Shown here piece after piece: positions 32,595 to 43,136 of a DNA stretch of 64,000 nt; the stretch's first letter is position 1; each line of letters starts with the position of its first letter. The stretch spans positions 1-64,000 of IMG/VR virus record IMGVR_UViG_3300050343_000177; one strand, given 5' to 3'. The notes below the pieces were generated by a model, which ran no database searches, was not told where the DNA came from, and saw nothing but the letters and a program-made list of their open reading frames with translations. The DNA is from a virus. The translations under genes were made by a program, and so were the position numbers.

Positions 32595-33346
32595 CAGAAT
32601 GCCCTCGCCATTGAACGACTGCGTGCAGACTGTCTATTAGCTTTCTGAGAATCTAAGTTATCTTGATAGCCCATTGTCTTACGTTGCTGTTCACCTGTCT
32701 CTGTTATGTTTTTAGTACTAGTATCAGATTGATACATACTGGCTTCTTTTGTTGCATCTGCTCCATACTTGCTAGCTTCGGCTGATTTCTTAGAACTATA
32801 CTTACTAGCATCTGCTGATTGCTTCGCACTATATTTAGATGCACCTGCTGCTATATTTGCCTGTTGATTTCCATAGCTACCTTTAATGTTAGCTAATTGT
32901 TTATTCTGTTTACCTTGCGCAATAGTGGTAAGCCTATCTTGACGTCCTTTACTCTTGTTTAATAAACGCTGCTGCTCTCCTGTAGCGGCAACCATTCCTA
33001 TGTCTCTCTCATTTTGATTATCAGCAAACTTATCTTGTAATTCAAACTGACCAGCCATTGACTGCATACCATAATTAAACTCTTGCTGCATATTGGATGC
33101 AGTATTTCTCTGCTCCAAATCAGCGGCGTGAGTCATATTTCTCTGTGCAATTCCAGATTGTGTCTTTGCCATACCTTTTGCTAAGGATTGGTCAAAACCA
33201 GACTGCACCATGTTGGCTTGAAAGTTCCGTTTCATCGCACGGCCTTCAGAATCATCTTTATCAGGCTTAAAGTTATAGAACTCATTCATTACTTGGTTAA
33301 ATCCAAAGTTACCTTGATCAGCAGCCATCTGTCTTACGCTTAACAC
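32594..33346 (-). CDS. Putative DNA-ejection/pilot-like protein
   Basis: Q-rich, ASKY repeats, TGEQQR twice. Confidence 0.55.
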   Translation of the reverse strand: MLSVRQMAADQGNFGFNQVMNEFYNFKPDKDDSEGRAMKRNFQANMVQSGFDQSLAKGMAKTQSGIAQRNMTHAADLEQRNTASNMQQEFNYGMQSMAGQFELQDKFADNQNERDIGMVAATGEQQRLLNKSKGRQDRLTTIAQGKQNKQLANIKGSYGNQQANIAAGASKYSAKQSADASKYSSKKSAEASKYGADATKEASMYQSDTSTKNITETGEQQRKTMGYQDNLDSQKANRQSARSRSMARAF

Positions 33347-33407
33347 TATTGATTACATTATATCTATTATTTCTTACTACAATAGATTTAAGCCTTGCGT
33401 TAGATAT

Positions 33408-33933
33408 ATGCGATTTGCTTCTGCTGGTAAAAGTAATGGTGCTAGCTATGCAGCTGCAGGTAAAGCTGTAGCTAATAGTGCGGCTAATATCTTTGACGTT
33501 CAACGTAAGACAGGACCTGATTACGGAGGTCTTTCCAAAGTTGCAATGAAGACTGCATCAGAAGAAAAGATTGCTGGCATGAAAGCTGAGGCAACTGTTG
33601 CACGCGCAGGGATTCAAGCAGTAGCAGGGATGAAGAAGGCTCAAATTCAAAGTTAGAAGTATTTAATCGTAAAGGGTCAAGAGATTAAACCAATAGGCAA
33701 CGTAAAGCAGGTGGGCTCGCAGCAATTGGCAAGATTGCAGGGGCTGGGTTCCTTGCAGCTACCGACAATACCAAAGGTAGGGAAAGACCTAAGGCAGATT
33801 AAATACAAGACTTCTTTACTCAGCTAGACGGACGTACTGAGTTCAAAGGGCAGACTATGCTTCATAATCGTGTAAAAAGCGAAGATCCTATGTTTAGTTC
33901 TGGTGGTAATTTCTATCACTATGCAGGTCAATA
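33408..33933 (+). CDS. MRFA-family protein with a cell-wall-hydrolase-like C-terminal remnant (broken/deleted)
   Basis: N-terminus paralogous to 35218 and 35656; C-terminus LDGRTEFKGQ..DPMF..GGNFYHY. Confidence 0.5.
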
Positions 33934-33937
33934 AGCA

Positions 33938-34520
33938 TTAACCAAATGCTGCACCAAGTGAACCGAGGCCTGACATAAGCTGAGCAATCATTCGGTCGCG
34001 CTTATCCATACGATTTGTCTCACGGTCATAGTCCATACGCTTTTCGGCAAGGTCATTATTCATAATGGCCATTTGCATTGTTAAGCCATCTCGTGAATCT
34101 GCAAGCTCTCTTTCTTGAGTACGATTAAGAGCATTTTCTTTTCTAGTAAATGCACGTTCATTAGCTCTCTCACCTGATTCAAACATTCGATAAGCATCGT
34201 TTGATTTGAGAGTTGCAATACTAATTTCATTTGCAGCTTTCCTAGCATCAACGCCCTCTTGATCAATCCTTCTAGTCTCGTTATATTTGCTTTTTGTAGC
34301 GTTGTGCTGCTGTTTCAGCAAAGCCTTCTTTCTCAAGCATTTGCAGCCACCACGCTGCACCATCTCGTTTGACGTTGCCCTCCTCATCAAATGTTACACC
34401 CCCTTTAACTCTATCGGTGTACCAATTTGCTCCACCACCGCCACTACCCTTTAAGCGTTTTTTATACTCTTCTCTTACTTCGTCTGGAGTTTTAAATAAT
34501 CCATTTTCTGGAGCAGCCAT
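33938..34520 (-). CDS. Coiled-coil putative internal virion protein (frameshifted)
   Basis: ORFs 34281-34520 and 33938-34390 join. Confidence 0.5.
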
Positions 34521-34552
34521 CTTATAACCTTAAATATAACTCTTTTACTATT

Positions 34553-35218
34553 TTACACAGTTGCTAATGCTTGTTTTGCTTCAAGCATTCCAATGCGTGC
34601 TTCGAGCTCTTGGTTAGCACGAACGAGTAGTCCGATTACATCACCAGTATCGATGCACATCTTGCCGATGCTCTCATCGAAGTAGGTAGCATCAGGCAGG
34701 ACCTTCTGGAACTCTTGTGCAATGAAGCCGTGATGCATACGCTCTGGGCTGGTGCTGAACTCTTCCTTGTAGTGGAAGGTGACAGGCTTCAGATTACGTA
34801 GCTTCTCAAGTGCAGTATCGATACGCTTCACGTCATACTTAGTTGTTAAGAGTGTAAGTCCTGCACCTGCAATTCCACCGATTGCACTCATCATTGCAGA
34901 AGACTTCTCTGCTTCTGCCTGAGCTTTAGCTGCTTCAATCGTTGCCTTTGCTTGCATTGCTGCAGCTTGTGTTTGTCCAAACGATTTGATACCAGCTCCT
35001 GTTACCTGAGCTGCTGCGTTCATACCAGTTTGTTTTTCTGCAGAGTTTGTCTGCATTGCCATTGCAGATAGCTCATCAAACCTAGGAGCTTTACTCCTTG
35101 CCGTAGCAAATGAATTGCCAATATCTACTACACCTGCTGCTGCCGCTGCACCAGTACTACCACCTGCCGAAGCTAATGTAGGGGGCTCAAATGATATTCC
35201 AGAACCTGCAAAACGCAT
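34553..35218 (-). CDS. MRFAG-family protein with peptidase S74-like chaperone domain
   Basis: ALEKLRNLKPVTFHYK..GFIAQEFQKVLP..ID...IGLLV.A.QEL. Confidence 0.75.
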   Translation of the reverse strand: MRFAGSGISFEPPTLASAGGSTGAAAAAGVVDIGNSFATARSKAPRFDELSAMAMQTNSAEKQTGMNAAAQVTGAGIKSFGQTQAAAMQAKATIEAAKAQAEAEKSSAMMSAIGGIAGAGLTLLTTKYDVKRIDTALEKLRNLKPVTFHYKEEFSTSPERMHHGFIAQEFQKVLPDATYFDESIGKMCIDTGDVIGLLVRANQELEARIGMLEAKQALATV

Positions 35219-35245
35219 AGCTGTATTACTTAGTCTCTACTTAGT

Positions 35246-35656
35246 TTACCAAAAATTTTGATTTAAGTTAAAATTACTTGGACCGTATGAACCGAAGGAT
35301 GTAGTAGCAGCTTTTGGCTTAAAGGCTCCAATAGCAGCACCACCTATACTACCAAGCATGCTGCTCAAGCCTTGTGACTGTGTTGCAGATGCGGCTGCTT
35401 CACCTTGAGCTTTAATTCCTGCAGCCTGTAGTGCACCCTGCTGAGCTAAAGCTTCACCAGTGATACCTGCTGTTGCTACGTCTGCTGATGCTTGCATACC
35501 AGCCATCGCTTCTTCAGCTGCGTTTTTCATTCCCATCTTGGATGATGTGCCCCAGTCAGGTGCCGTTTTAGCTAAGGCAGCACTAATATCTTTATTAGCG
35601 TTACTTGCGGCATTAATATAGTTACCACCATTTATTGCTTGTCCTGCGAAACGCAT
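35246..35656 (-). CDS. MRFAG-family Ala-rich protein
   Basis: Paralogous to the N-terminus of 35218. Confidence 0.65.
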   Translation of the reverse strand: MRFAGQAINGGNYINAASNANKDISAALAKTAPDWGTSSKMGMKNAAEEAMAGMQASADVATAGITGEALAQQGALQAAGIKAQGEAAASATQSQGLSSMLGSIGGAAIGAFKPKAATTSFGSYGPSNFNLNQNFW

Positions 35657-35686
35657 ATCTATGGTGCTTATTATCTTTTAATTCTA

Positions 35687-36871
35687 TCAAAGAGTGTCAT
35701 AGTAAGCTTGATTACTAGCTTCGTTACGCTTACGTCTCTCTGACTCAATCGTATTACCAATAGCCATACCTCCAAGTGCTCCTGCACTGCCTCCCATTAA
35801 GCCACGCTTCACTGCATCTGGATCAACCTTACCTTCGAACTCTCCACCCTTTCTATACTTACGACCTCTACGTACCCCTGCCATTGTTCCGGCAACGGAT
35901 GATAAGAATGGAACTAGTGCCGTGTTGACAGGCAGTGATCTACCAAGAAACTGAATTTCTGCACCGTGGATGCCATCAGTCGTAGCACGTAGTACTCCGC
36001 CAGGTAGGCTTATGTTCCCATCATCAAATGGATTCATATCAATCGCTTTGTCATACTTAAATGCTTTATAAGCGTTGTACTCACCTTTACTTACATCAGG
36101 TCGTACTTTCTTGAATTCATCCCAGTCAAGTAGATTACCTGTACGTCCAAGAATATACTTAGATGCTACTTCTAGCACTGCGTTGTCAGTCTTCGATGGG
36201 TCCTGTGCATTAGGTACAACTGCTTCGTATCCTTCATATCCTCCAAAGGGTGTCATTAGACCCATACCTTGGTTGATTGCAAAACCAACAGGTGCACCTA
36301 AGGCTGCAACCATTCCACTTCTATAGTTACGACGCTTAGCTCTACCATTAGCGCCATATATACCTTCAGCTGGTACTTCTCTACCAGTCTCGGTAAGCCG
36401 TGTTAGTCCTGCAGCTTTTAAGTCATTAATATTAAATGGTGTATTTAAATCTGTTGAACCGTACAACGACGGATTAGATTTCTTTAAACCATAGTCATTT
36501 AAAACGTTACCAGCTGCTTGCGCTGCATTCAGTAGCCACCATATACTTCTACTCTTATCCTGAATGATATCTGCACCTAATGCACCACCGAGTTGACCAA
36601 TGCGTCCGCCTGGTGTCTGCTTCATTTCCATCCCAAGCAACGCTCGAGCTTCCATTGCATCCCTATCAGCAATACCTAGATTCTCACGAATGCGATAGAC
36701 AAGTGGGTGCTCACCCATTGTTTTATCCATACGTGGTGCATCATCATCTAGGCCTTGCAACTCACGAGTTTTATAAAACATCTTTGCTTGTTCATCAGCA
36801 CCACGCCCTATCTCTTCTTTAAACGCTGAACGTGCGTATTTAGCCTGTTGAATTAACTCTTCTAAATTCAT
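35687..36871 (-). CDS. Putative internal virion protein
   Basis: 394-aa ORF in the ejection-like cluster. Confidence 0.55.
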   Translation of the reverse strand: MNLEELIQQAKYARSAFKEEIGRGADEQAKMFYKTRELQGLDDDAPRMDKTMGEHPLVYRIRENLGIADRDAMEARALLGMEMKQTPGGRIGQLGGALGADIIQDKSRSIWWLLNAAQAAGNVLNDYGLKKSNPSLYGSTDLNTPFNINDLKAAGLTRLTETGREVPAEGIYGANGRAKRRNYRSGMVAALGAPVGFAINQGMGLMTPFGGYEGYEAVVPNAQDPSKTDNAVLEVASKYILGRTGNLLDWDEFKKVRPDVSKGEYNAYKAFKYDKAIDMNPFDDGNISLPGGVLRATTDGIHGAEIQFLGRSLPVNTALVPFLSSVAGTMAGVRRGRKYRKGGEFEGKVDPDAVKRGLMGGSAGALGGMAIGNTIESERRKRNEASNQAYYDTL

Positions 36872-37545
36872 TACATCATTCCTGTATTGTCAAAGTAACG
36901 ATCTTGAACTCCTGGGATTAACCCAGCACCTGCGAGTGTCTGTTGTCTAATCTGTTCAGCAAACTGTGCCTGCTGTTCTGCGCTCATACGTTCATAAGCA
37001 GTCTGACCTTCTCCACCAAATACTTTATCCTTACCACGTTGCAATGTATCTCCAACCATCATCCCTGCATAGTCACCACCAATCGAACCAGCCATATCAG
37101 CCATAAACCCAGCAGTGTCTCCAAAGCGTTGGCCTGCACGTCCGAGTGCTAATCCACCAAGTCCACCACCTACTGCTGATGTAGTACCAGCAATTAACTT
37201 ATCTCCTAAGTCGCCTGGTGTTTGCAAAGCTGCAAGTCCACCAAAGAATGCGTCAGGTGCAAGACGCCCGACAATTTGACCTTTATCCATTGTTCCAAAT
37301 AGTGCTTTACCAATACCAGATTTAAATGCAGGGTTAGTGACTGCCATCTGGGCAAGCTTTTGTCCACCCATTCTCGTGGCTGTAGCTTGTGCTAATCCAG
37401 GGATTGCTAACTGTGTAGCTGCAGCTTTAGCACCGCCTAATCCTATTAACCCTTTAGCAGCTGTAAATGCAGATGCAAGCTTTGCACCGATACCAAACTT
37501 TGCAGCTAATGCACCTGCTGCTGGAATAATTGCGGGTAAAGCCAT
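36871..37545 (-). CDS. Gly/Ala-rich putative ejection/membrane protein
   Basis: Glycine zippers; coupled stop/start. Confidence 0.55.
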   Translation of the reverse strand: MALPAIIPAAGALAAKFGIGAKLASAFTAAKGLIGLGGAKAAATQLAIPGLAQATATRMGGQKLAQMAVTNPAFKSGIGKALFGTMDKGQIVGRLAPDAFFGGLAALQTPGDLGDKLIAGTTSAVGGGLGGLALGRAGQRFGDTAGFMADMAGSIGGDYAGMMVGDTLQRGKDKVFGGEGQTAYERMSAEQQAQFAEQIRQQTLAGAGLIPGVQDRYFDNTGMM

Positions 37546-37853
37546 TATTGTTGCTCCTCTTGTGGCTGCTGTGGCTGTGGGTTTGCCATCATCATTCTAG
37601 CTTGATTGAACTCACTGCCTTGATTAGATAATCCGAATGACGCCATCCAGTTATCTGTTCGTGCTTTTTCGTTTGGATCATTCATCATCTGCATAGCACG
37701 ATTACCTACTGGTCCTGCCATTCGTGACTTACCAAACCCTTCATCTGACGGGCGTTCTACTGATCCATCTAGTAGTCCAAAGTTACTTGGAGTTTCCTGT
37801 GCCTGACGCTTAAGGCTTAAGCCCTGTTTGATATCTTCTGATGAGTAATTCAT
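37545..37853 (-). CDS. Hypothetical protein (internal RMAG)
   Basis: 102 aa; coupled to neighbours. Confidence 0.55.
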   Translation of the reverse strand: MNYSSEDIKQGLSLKRQAQETPSNFGLLDGSVERPSDEGFGKSRMAGPVGNRAMQMMNDPNEKARTDNWMASFGLSNQGSEFNQARMMMANPQPQQPQEEQQ

Positions 37854-40039
37854 TGGTACTGCTCCTCCTCACGCTTGTCGCGTTCTCCTCCAATAAGAGA
37901 GCTCAATCCTGCAACCCCTAAAGCTGCGGCTCCTCCGACTGCTCCATACCTCTGATACCTTGGTGCAGATCTGAAATTATTAGGAGCACGTTTAACAGAA
38001 TTCATTATCTTATCTCTTATTCCTGGTGATCTAGGGCCTTGCGTTGCTCCATTATTAATAGGACGTGCTGGACCTTGAGAGGGGCCTGAAGTGCTTACCC
38101 CATACGGCAGCGCTTTCTGTGGGTTGGATGCACGTTTTTGAATTTCTTGTGTAATACCATTACCAGTTCCTACTGGTTGTGACCAAGGATCTGGGCCTGG
38201 GTCGAACCCTGGGCCTGGGTCCATATTCCGTTGACGTTCGACTCTTTGTCCGAAGCCGTCTGGGTTAGTACCTTGTGCTTGTTCAAATCTTTGAATGACA
38301 GCGTTTGCAATCTGTCCGTTGACTGGACCGAAGCGTTCGTACACTGCATCTTCTGACATAGCACGAGTAGGGCCTGGTCCCATTACTGGAGCTCTTACAA
38401 ATCCAGCACGAGGAATATCCTGGCCTGCAACTCCACCAATCATTGGCATCCGAGCATCTGCGAGTTCAGCTGCATTCAGAGGAGTGTCATTACCAACTCT
38501 TCCCATCAATGCTTGGAGTTGACCACGTACTTCCTTACCTTTGATCTTCTCCCCTTTAAGTTGAGCAATTTGAACCATTCCGCCACCTAACGCAGGATGA
38601 TTGCCTCCAAACTCAACTGATCGACCAGGCTGACCCATTCCTGCTTGATAGAAGTTCTTAGCGACTTGATTTGCTGGATTACGACGTGCTGCTTCTGCTG
38701 CGAACAGTCCACGGGCAACATCATTAATTTGGTTATCATTCATTCCCCCTTTACGTAGAACTTCACTAATTCCTGGGTTTTCTACGTATACATTTTTGCC
38801 ATCTTGTAAATCGTAGAACTTTACTCCTTGCTGCCGTCCTAAAGCAGCAACTTGGTCTACTGCAGCTTGCAAATCATCTAAATTACGAATTCCGCCTTGG
38901 CCAAGGTTGATATTTTGTCCATTGAAGTTAATACCTTCAATAGCAGCCTGTGCAGCACCTAATTGCTGACCAATTGCAACTTGTGGATAATCACCAAACG
39001 CATTACCTTGCTTATACCCGGGTGCGTGATCTGCAAGCCACTGTTCTTGCTTTTGTAGTGGTCCAACAAACCTATTGTCACTTGCAGGTGCGTTGTACTG
39101 GTCAGGCAGGTTCAAAGGCAGTGCATTTGGCATTGCAGTGCCACGATCGACTGGATTATTAGATACTTGGAAGTCGTAACCGACTTTCGCGGGACCTAAC
39201 TGTGCAATGTTGCCAATATTCTCCATTGCTTGGTCAGTAATTGCCCCACGACCACCTGCAACAAAATCTTGACCGATAACGTTAGCTGCAGCTTGTGCAC
39301 GCCAGTTATTGGCTTCTACTTGTGCTGCGTTCTGCCTTAGTTGATCTTGTTGTACTAACTCACGCGCCAATGCTTGCTCTGCACCACGGCCACCGTATAA
39401 ATCATCTTCAATCCGACCTGCTACATCAGCAGCACCTGGGAATGCATCGGCACCGTATTGATCGATCCCTTCCTGTAGTCTTGCAAGCTCACCTTGTAAA
39501 ACTTGTTGTGCTGGGGCAAACTGATTAGGAACTTGGATACCAAAGTCCTTATTCTTAGCAGCTTCTTGGAAATCAGCAGGAATAGGCACACCATCCGCTG
39601 CATAGAACTCATCTGTTACGAATGCACCTTTAGCTTTATCCCATCTGCTGCGTTTAATAACATTAGGGTCAACTTTACCCTCAGCTCCAGCCATTTCTTT
39701 CAGCTGCTGCTCCACATCTTTGATATTCCCTTGACCATCACGCCCACCGAAGTTTTGAAGTAGATCTTGGTTACCTTCTTCACCTTGTTGTACTTGATTA
39801 TTTGAAACTGTGCGATATTGATCAATATCACCTGGCATATCTTCATTTACGCCTTTAACTTTCTGTAATCTTTTTAATACGGCAGCTTGTGCTTCATCTG
39901 TTCCAATATCTCTGCCTAATTTACGTCCACCCTTACGCTGAGCGCCAATTACCATCTGAATGACTTGATCTTCGCTCATTCCAATGGCATTACCGATCGC
40001 TTTGATCTGAGCGCCTAACATAATATCTGAATTTGCCAC
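37850..40039 (-). CDS. Large putative internal virion protein
   Basis: 729 aa, G/Q/N-rich, C-terminal hydrophobic helix. Confidence 0.6.
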   Translation of the reverse strand: MANSDIMLGAQIKAIGNAIGMSEDQVIQMVIGAQRKGGRKLGRDIGTDEAQAAVLKRLQKVKGVNEDMPGDIDQYRTVSNNQVQQGEEGNQDLLQNFGGRDGQGNIKDVEQQLKEMAGAEGKVDPNVIKRSRWDKAKGAFVTDEFYAADGVPIPADFQEAAKNKDFGIQVPNQFAPAQQVLQGELARLQEGIDQYGADAFPGAADVAGRIEDDLYGGRGAEQALARELVQQDQLRQNAAQVEANNWRAQAAANVIGQDFVAGGRGAITDQAMENIGNIAQLGPAKVGYDFQVSNNPVDRGTAMPNALPLNLPDQYNAPASDNRFVGPLQKQEQWLADHAPGYKQGNAFGDYPQVAIGQQLGAAQAAIEGINFNGQNINLGQGGIRNLDDLQAAVDQVAALGRQQGVKFYDLQDGKNVYVENPGISEVLRKGGMNDNQINDVARGLFAAEAARRNPANQVAKNFYQAGMGQPGRSVEFGGNHPALGGGMVQIAQLKGEKIKGKEVRGQLQALMGRVGNDTPLNAAELADARMPMIGGVAGQDIPRAGFVRAPVMGPGPTRAMSEDAVYERFGPVNGQIANAVIQRFEQAQGTNPDGFGQRVERQRNMDPGPGFDPGPDPWSQPVGTGNGITQEIQKRASNPQKALPYGVSTSGPSQGPARPINNGATQGPRSPGIRDKIMNSVKRAPNNFRSAPRYQRYGAVGGAAALGVAGLSSLIGGERDKREEEQYQ

Positions 40040-40088
40040 AATTGCTATATCAAACCTTCCACTATTGTAGAAAGTTTGAGATAGCTAC

Positions 40089-41627
40089 TTATTTCTTTTT
40101 AGTGTACTGATCTAAAATTCCACCTGGACGAAAATAGTCTTCTTCAGCACCTGGTTTACTGAAATCGTAGTTTTCAATAACATTGGCAGGCACAACCGGA
40201 CCGACACCAGTCTGAGGCGCACCTTGATTATTATTCAGTGCAAAATCAGTCTTTGCTCCTGCAGCAAATGCAGATTTCACAGCAGACCCTGCAGCAGATA
40301 AAGGATTCTGTGCGGATGCAGGAGTATCTTTGCTTACATCTTTATTTTTATCGATATGTGCGGCTAATAGTGACTGAGCACTGGATTTACCGCTGGATAT
40401 ATCGCGAGCATCGGCCCGATCAATCTTAAATTTGTCTCCGAGCTTCCCATCTTCGGTCAATGCGCCACGACCATAGTGCTGACCGCCCGCATATACGACG
40501 TTATTTACCGCATCACGCGCTTTTAGTCCTGACATACTGTCGTCACCGCTCATAAATGCAGCACGTGCCATCAATTGACGGCGTTCTGGCGTCATTTCCC
40601 TGTTTGCTTCCTGCGTTTTTACCCCTTCAAGCGCATCTGACAGTCTTCCGCTAGAAATTCCTGTGGATTGTTGGGCGATTCGCTCCGATCCGCCTTCAAT
40701 TAGTGGAGCACCGGGGTTAAATGGCGCTTGATCCTGCAGATTTGTAGAACGAATTGCAGATACTCCACCTTCTGCGTCGAAATTTACAGCAGCTCTACCA
40801 CCGAAGTCGCCTTGACTTGTATCAAAGCCGGGTGTCTGTGCACCTGTTTGTGCATATGGGTTTGACATTGTGGATGCCAACTGGTTAGAGCTAAACGGCT
40901 GTACACCTAAGCCTTTGAGTAGGTCATCAAACGTCCTATTCATATTGATTGGCGTACCGCCACCGCCGAGATTTTTACCCGTTTGTGTACCTCCGCCAGG
41001 AATTTCACGAGTTTCCTCTGCAGGAAGAATAGTTCTTTCAGATACTTGTCCTGTGTAGCCACCTGATGAATGATCATAATTACCTTTGGTCTGCTTAAGA
41101 GCTGCTGCTGTCTCCGCTTGCTGCTTTTTTATCCTTGCGTCTATATCAGCAGTGTTGTTAAAAGTACTGCTTGAAGTATCCGAGCCGATAGGTCTCTCTT
41201 TATTAGCATTCTGACTAACTGCCTTTTGATAAGCCTCTGGACTTGAGTATCCAAGACGACTCCACTTTCTACTTGAGTCCTCACTCCCACCAAGGATTAG
41301 TGGTGCTGTTACTGCACCAGTTGTGGTCATACTTCCTAGACCCAACAAGCTTCCAGCATTTTTTTGAGTTAGCTGTCCCGTAGGTTTAGCAGCATAAGGA
41401 TTTGGTTTAGCAGGTTGAGAGCCTGGCATTGCCTTTATCTTGTCTTTGATAGTATCAAACACATTCCTTGATTGTCCTGAAAAATTACCCTTATTAGGTT
41501 TAGCGGAGTAAGGGTTTGGCTTACTGGAAGGCTTTTTTGGTTTTGAAATCACGTCATCATAATCAGCACCAAAAAGTACTTCGCCAACTTTTCCAATCGC
41601 GTTATCTAAAAACTGCTGTGCTGACAT
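40089..41627 (-). CDS. Large low-complexity putative internal virion protein
   Basis: 512 aa; KPNPY.AKP repeat. Confidence 0.6.
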   Translation of the reverse strand: MSAQQFLDNAIGKVGEVLFGADYDDVISKPKKPSSKPNPYSAKPNKGNFSGQSRNVFDTIKDKIKAMPGSQPAKPNPYAAKPTGQLTQKNAGSLLGLGSMTTTGAVTAPLILGGSEDSSRKWSRLGYSSPEAYQKAVSQNANKERPIGSDTSSSTFNNTADIDARIKKQQAETAAALKQTKGNYDHSSGGYTGQVSERTILPAEETREIPGGGTQTGKNLGGGGTPINMNRTFDDLLKGLGVQPFSSNQLASTMSNPYAQTGAQTPGFDTSQGDFGGRAAVNFDAEGGVSAIRSTNLQDQAPFNPGAPLIEGGSERIAQQSTGISSGRLSDALEGVKTQEANREMTPERRQLMARAAFMSGDDSMSGLKARDAVNNVVYAGGQHYGRGALTEDGKLGDKFKIDRADARDISSGKSSAQSLLAAHIDKNKDVSKDTPASAQNPLSAAGSAVKSAFAAGAKTDFALNNNQGAPQTGVGPVVPANVIENYDFSKPGAEEDYFRPGGILDQYTKKK

Positions 41628-41650
41628 CTTACTTGTTCAATATATTCTCT

Positions 41651-41776
41651 TATTCTACAAACTACAAAACTACGCTAGCTACGCTCCTATCTAACCCTTT
41701 CTAAAAAAATGATAGTAGGGGGAGATGACCGTGCATTAATAAACAGGTATATAGAAAACTACCGTAGTTACCGTAG
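41651..41776. repeat. Dispersed ~125-bp iteron-like element, copy B
   Basis: Same flanks as copy A, different central ~30 nt. Confidence 0.9.
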
Positions 41777-41972
41777 CAAAAGCGTTTGACTCTAAACCTC
41801 AGTCAATAAGCAGGCTAGACCTTCCCCAATTTATAAAGTAACACAGCCTCCAAAGCTAGTGATTATTAAGACAATCTGCACACTACATTATTATGTATGC
41901 ACATTAATTTCAAGCAACCACATATTTGTTTTTTAAGTTCGCTAATATTAAAGTGTTGAAGGCATAATTGAT

Positions 41973-42599
41973 ATGAACTATGAAAACTTAAAATACACGG
42001 AATTAGCTACAGAGTTCAAAAAGATTCACAGAAAGAAGATATCACCTGAAGCATTGATGTATCGCGTCAAGACGAAAGGATTATCAAAGACTGAAGCTGT
42101 TAATCTTCCTTTAGACACACGTGGGAAATCAAGCAAGACTAAGCAGCTTCGGGTCGGTCGTCGTCCTCGTAAAGAACGCTGTTCTGGTCTGACTTATTGC
42201 TATCTACATATTGATGTTGCGGGTACGGGTGCTCCTCCTGTTGTCCGCTATGTAGGCAGAGGTGAAGGGGGACGATGTTTGCATTTTAAGGATCGTGAAA
42301 AGCTGCATGCTGACTGGATTCATTCATGGTTTACTGATATTGATTACGGTGCGATTGAGATGGGTGTAGCGCCATCAAAACTTAGAGATCTTAGTTGGAT
42401 TGATTGTTCAGTTCGTCAAAAGCTTATTGTGACTTCAAGTCCTTTTGAAAATGCTAAACGTGAGGAGCCGAGGCTTATTAATCGCTATAATACCAAGGAT
42501 CATGATCTATTTAATCTAATTCTTCATGCAACTGATAGACGTAGTATTAGTAAAGAGTTTCAGCCACGACCATTACGTAAAAAGCAGATCGCCGCATAG
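41973..42599 (+). CDS. GIY-YIG-like endonuclease with N-terminal DNA-binding segment
   Basis: YCYLH..VRYVGRG..R; AK.EE..LI..Y..LFN. Confidence 0.55.
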   Translation: MNYENLKYTELATEFKKIHRKKISPEALMYRVKTKGLSKTEAVNLPLDTRGKSSKTKQLRVGRRPRKERCSGLTYCYLHIDVAGTGAPPVVRYVGRGEGGRCLHFKDREKLHADWIHSWFTDIDYGAIEMGVAPSKLRDLSWIDCSVRQKLIVTSSPFENAKREEPRLINRYNTKDHDLFNLILHATDRRSISKEFQPRPLRKKQIAA

Positions 42600-43093
42600 A
42601 GTGCTAAAAAGTTGAAATAAAAAATTATGCTATATAACGGACCCCCCTGCTTGTTGACTTTTGCTGTGACAAAAACGCCCTATAGGAGGTCAAAAATGCT
42701 AAATTTTTCGTTTTTGGTTTAATACCCTCTGTACCTCGATTGGCGGTCAAACAAAAAAAATAAGTAGTAGTTAACAGTTGCTTACACATAAGTAAGTAAC
42801 ACGAGTTAACAATTACATTTACATTTGTTTGTCCTTTGTCATCGAGCTGAAGTGTATTTAACAATCGTTGTTCGTTCGTTACACGAACTCACGTTTGTTC
42901 TTCTGTTCACACGAGTTTACGTCAGTTACATTATCACTTATGTTATTCGATACGAATCCTTATCGTGTGTAACTTCCGTTCGTAACTCGTATTCACTTCT
43001 GTTGACACAAGTTACCTCCCTTATCTATCTACCGTTCAAGACACATGTCGTGACGGTTGTGATACATATATTGCACCGTGACTCACCTCGGAG

Positions 43094-43136
43094 TTTTCCA
43101 CAGTTATGCTTAAGTTTTCCACAAGCTTGTGGAGAA
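43094..43136. promoter_or_regulatory. Cluster of three DnaA-box-like 9-mers
   Basis: TTTTCCACA at 43094 and 43115; inverted TGTGGAGAA at 43128. Confidence 0.6.

Noticed and set aside
490-34520. Frameshifted polA, sigma, portal, terminase and MCP as pseudogenes or programmed frameshifts
   Set aside because: Indels are pervasive in essential genes whose motifs are intact; best explained by read error
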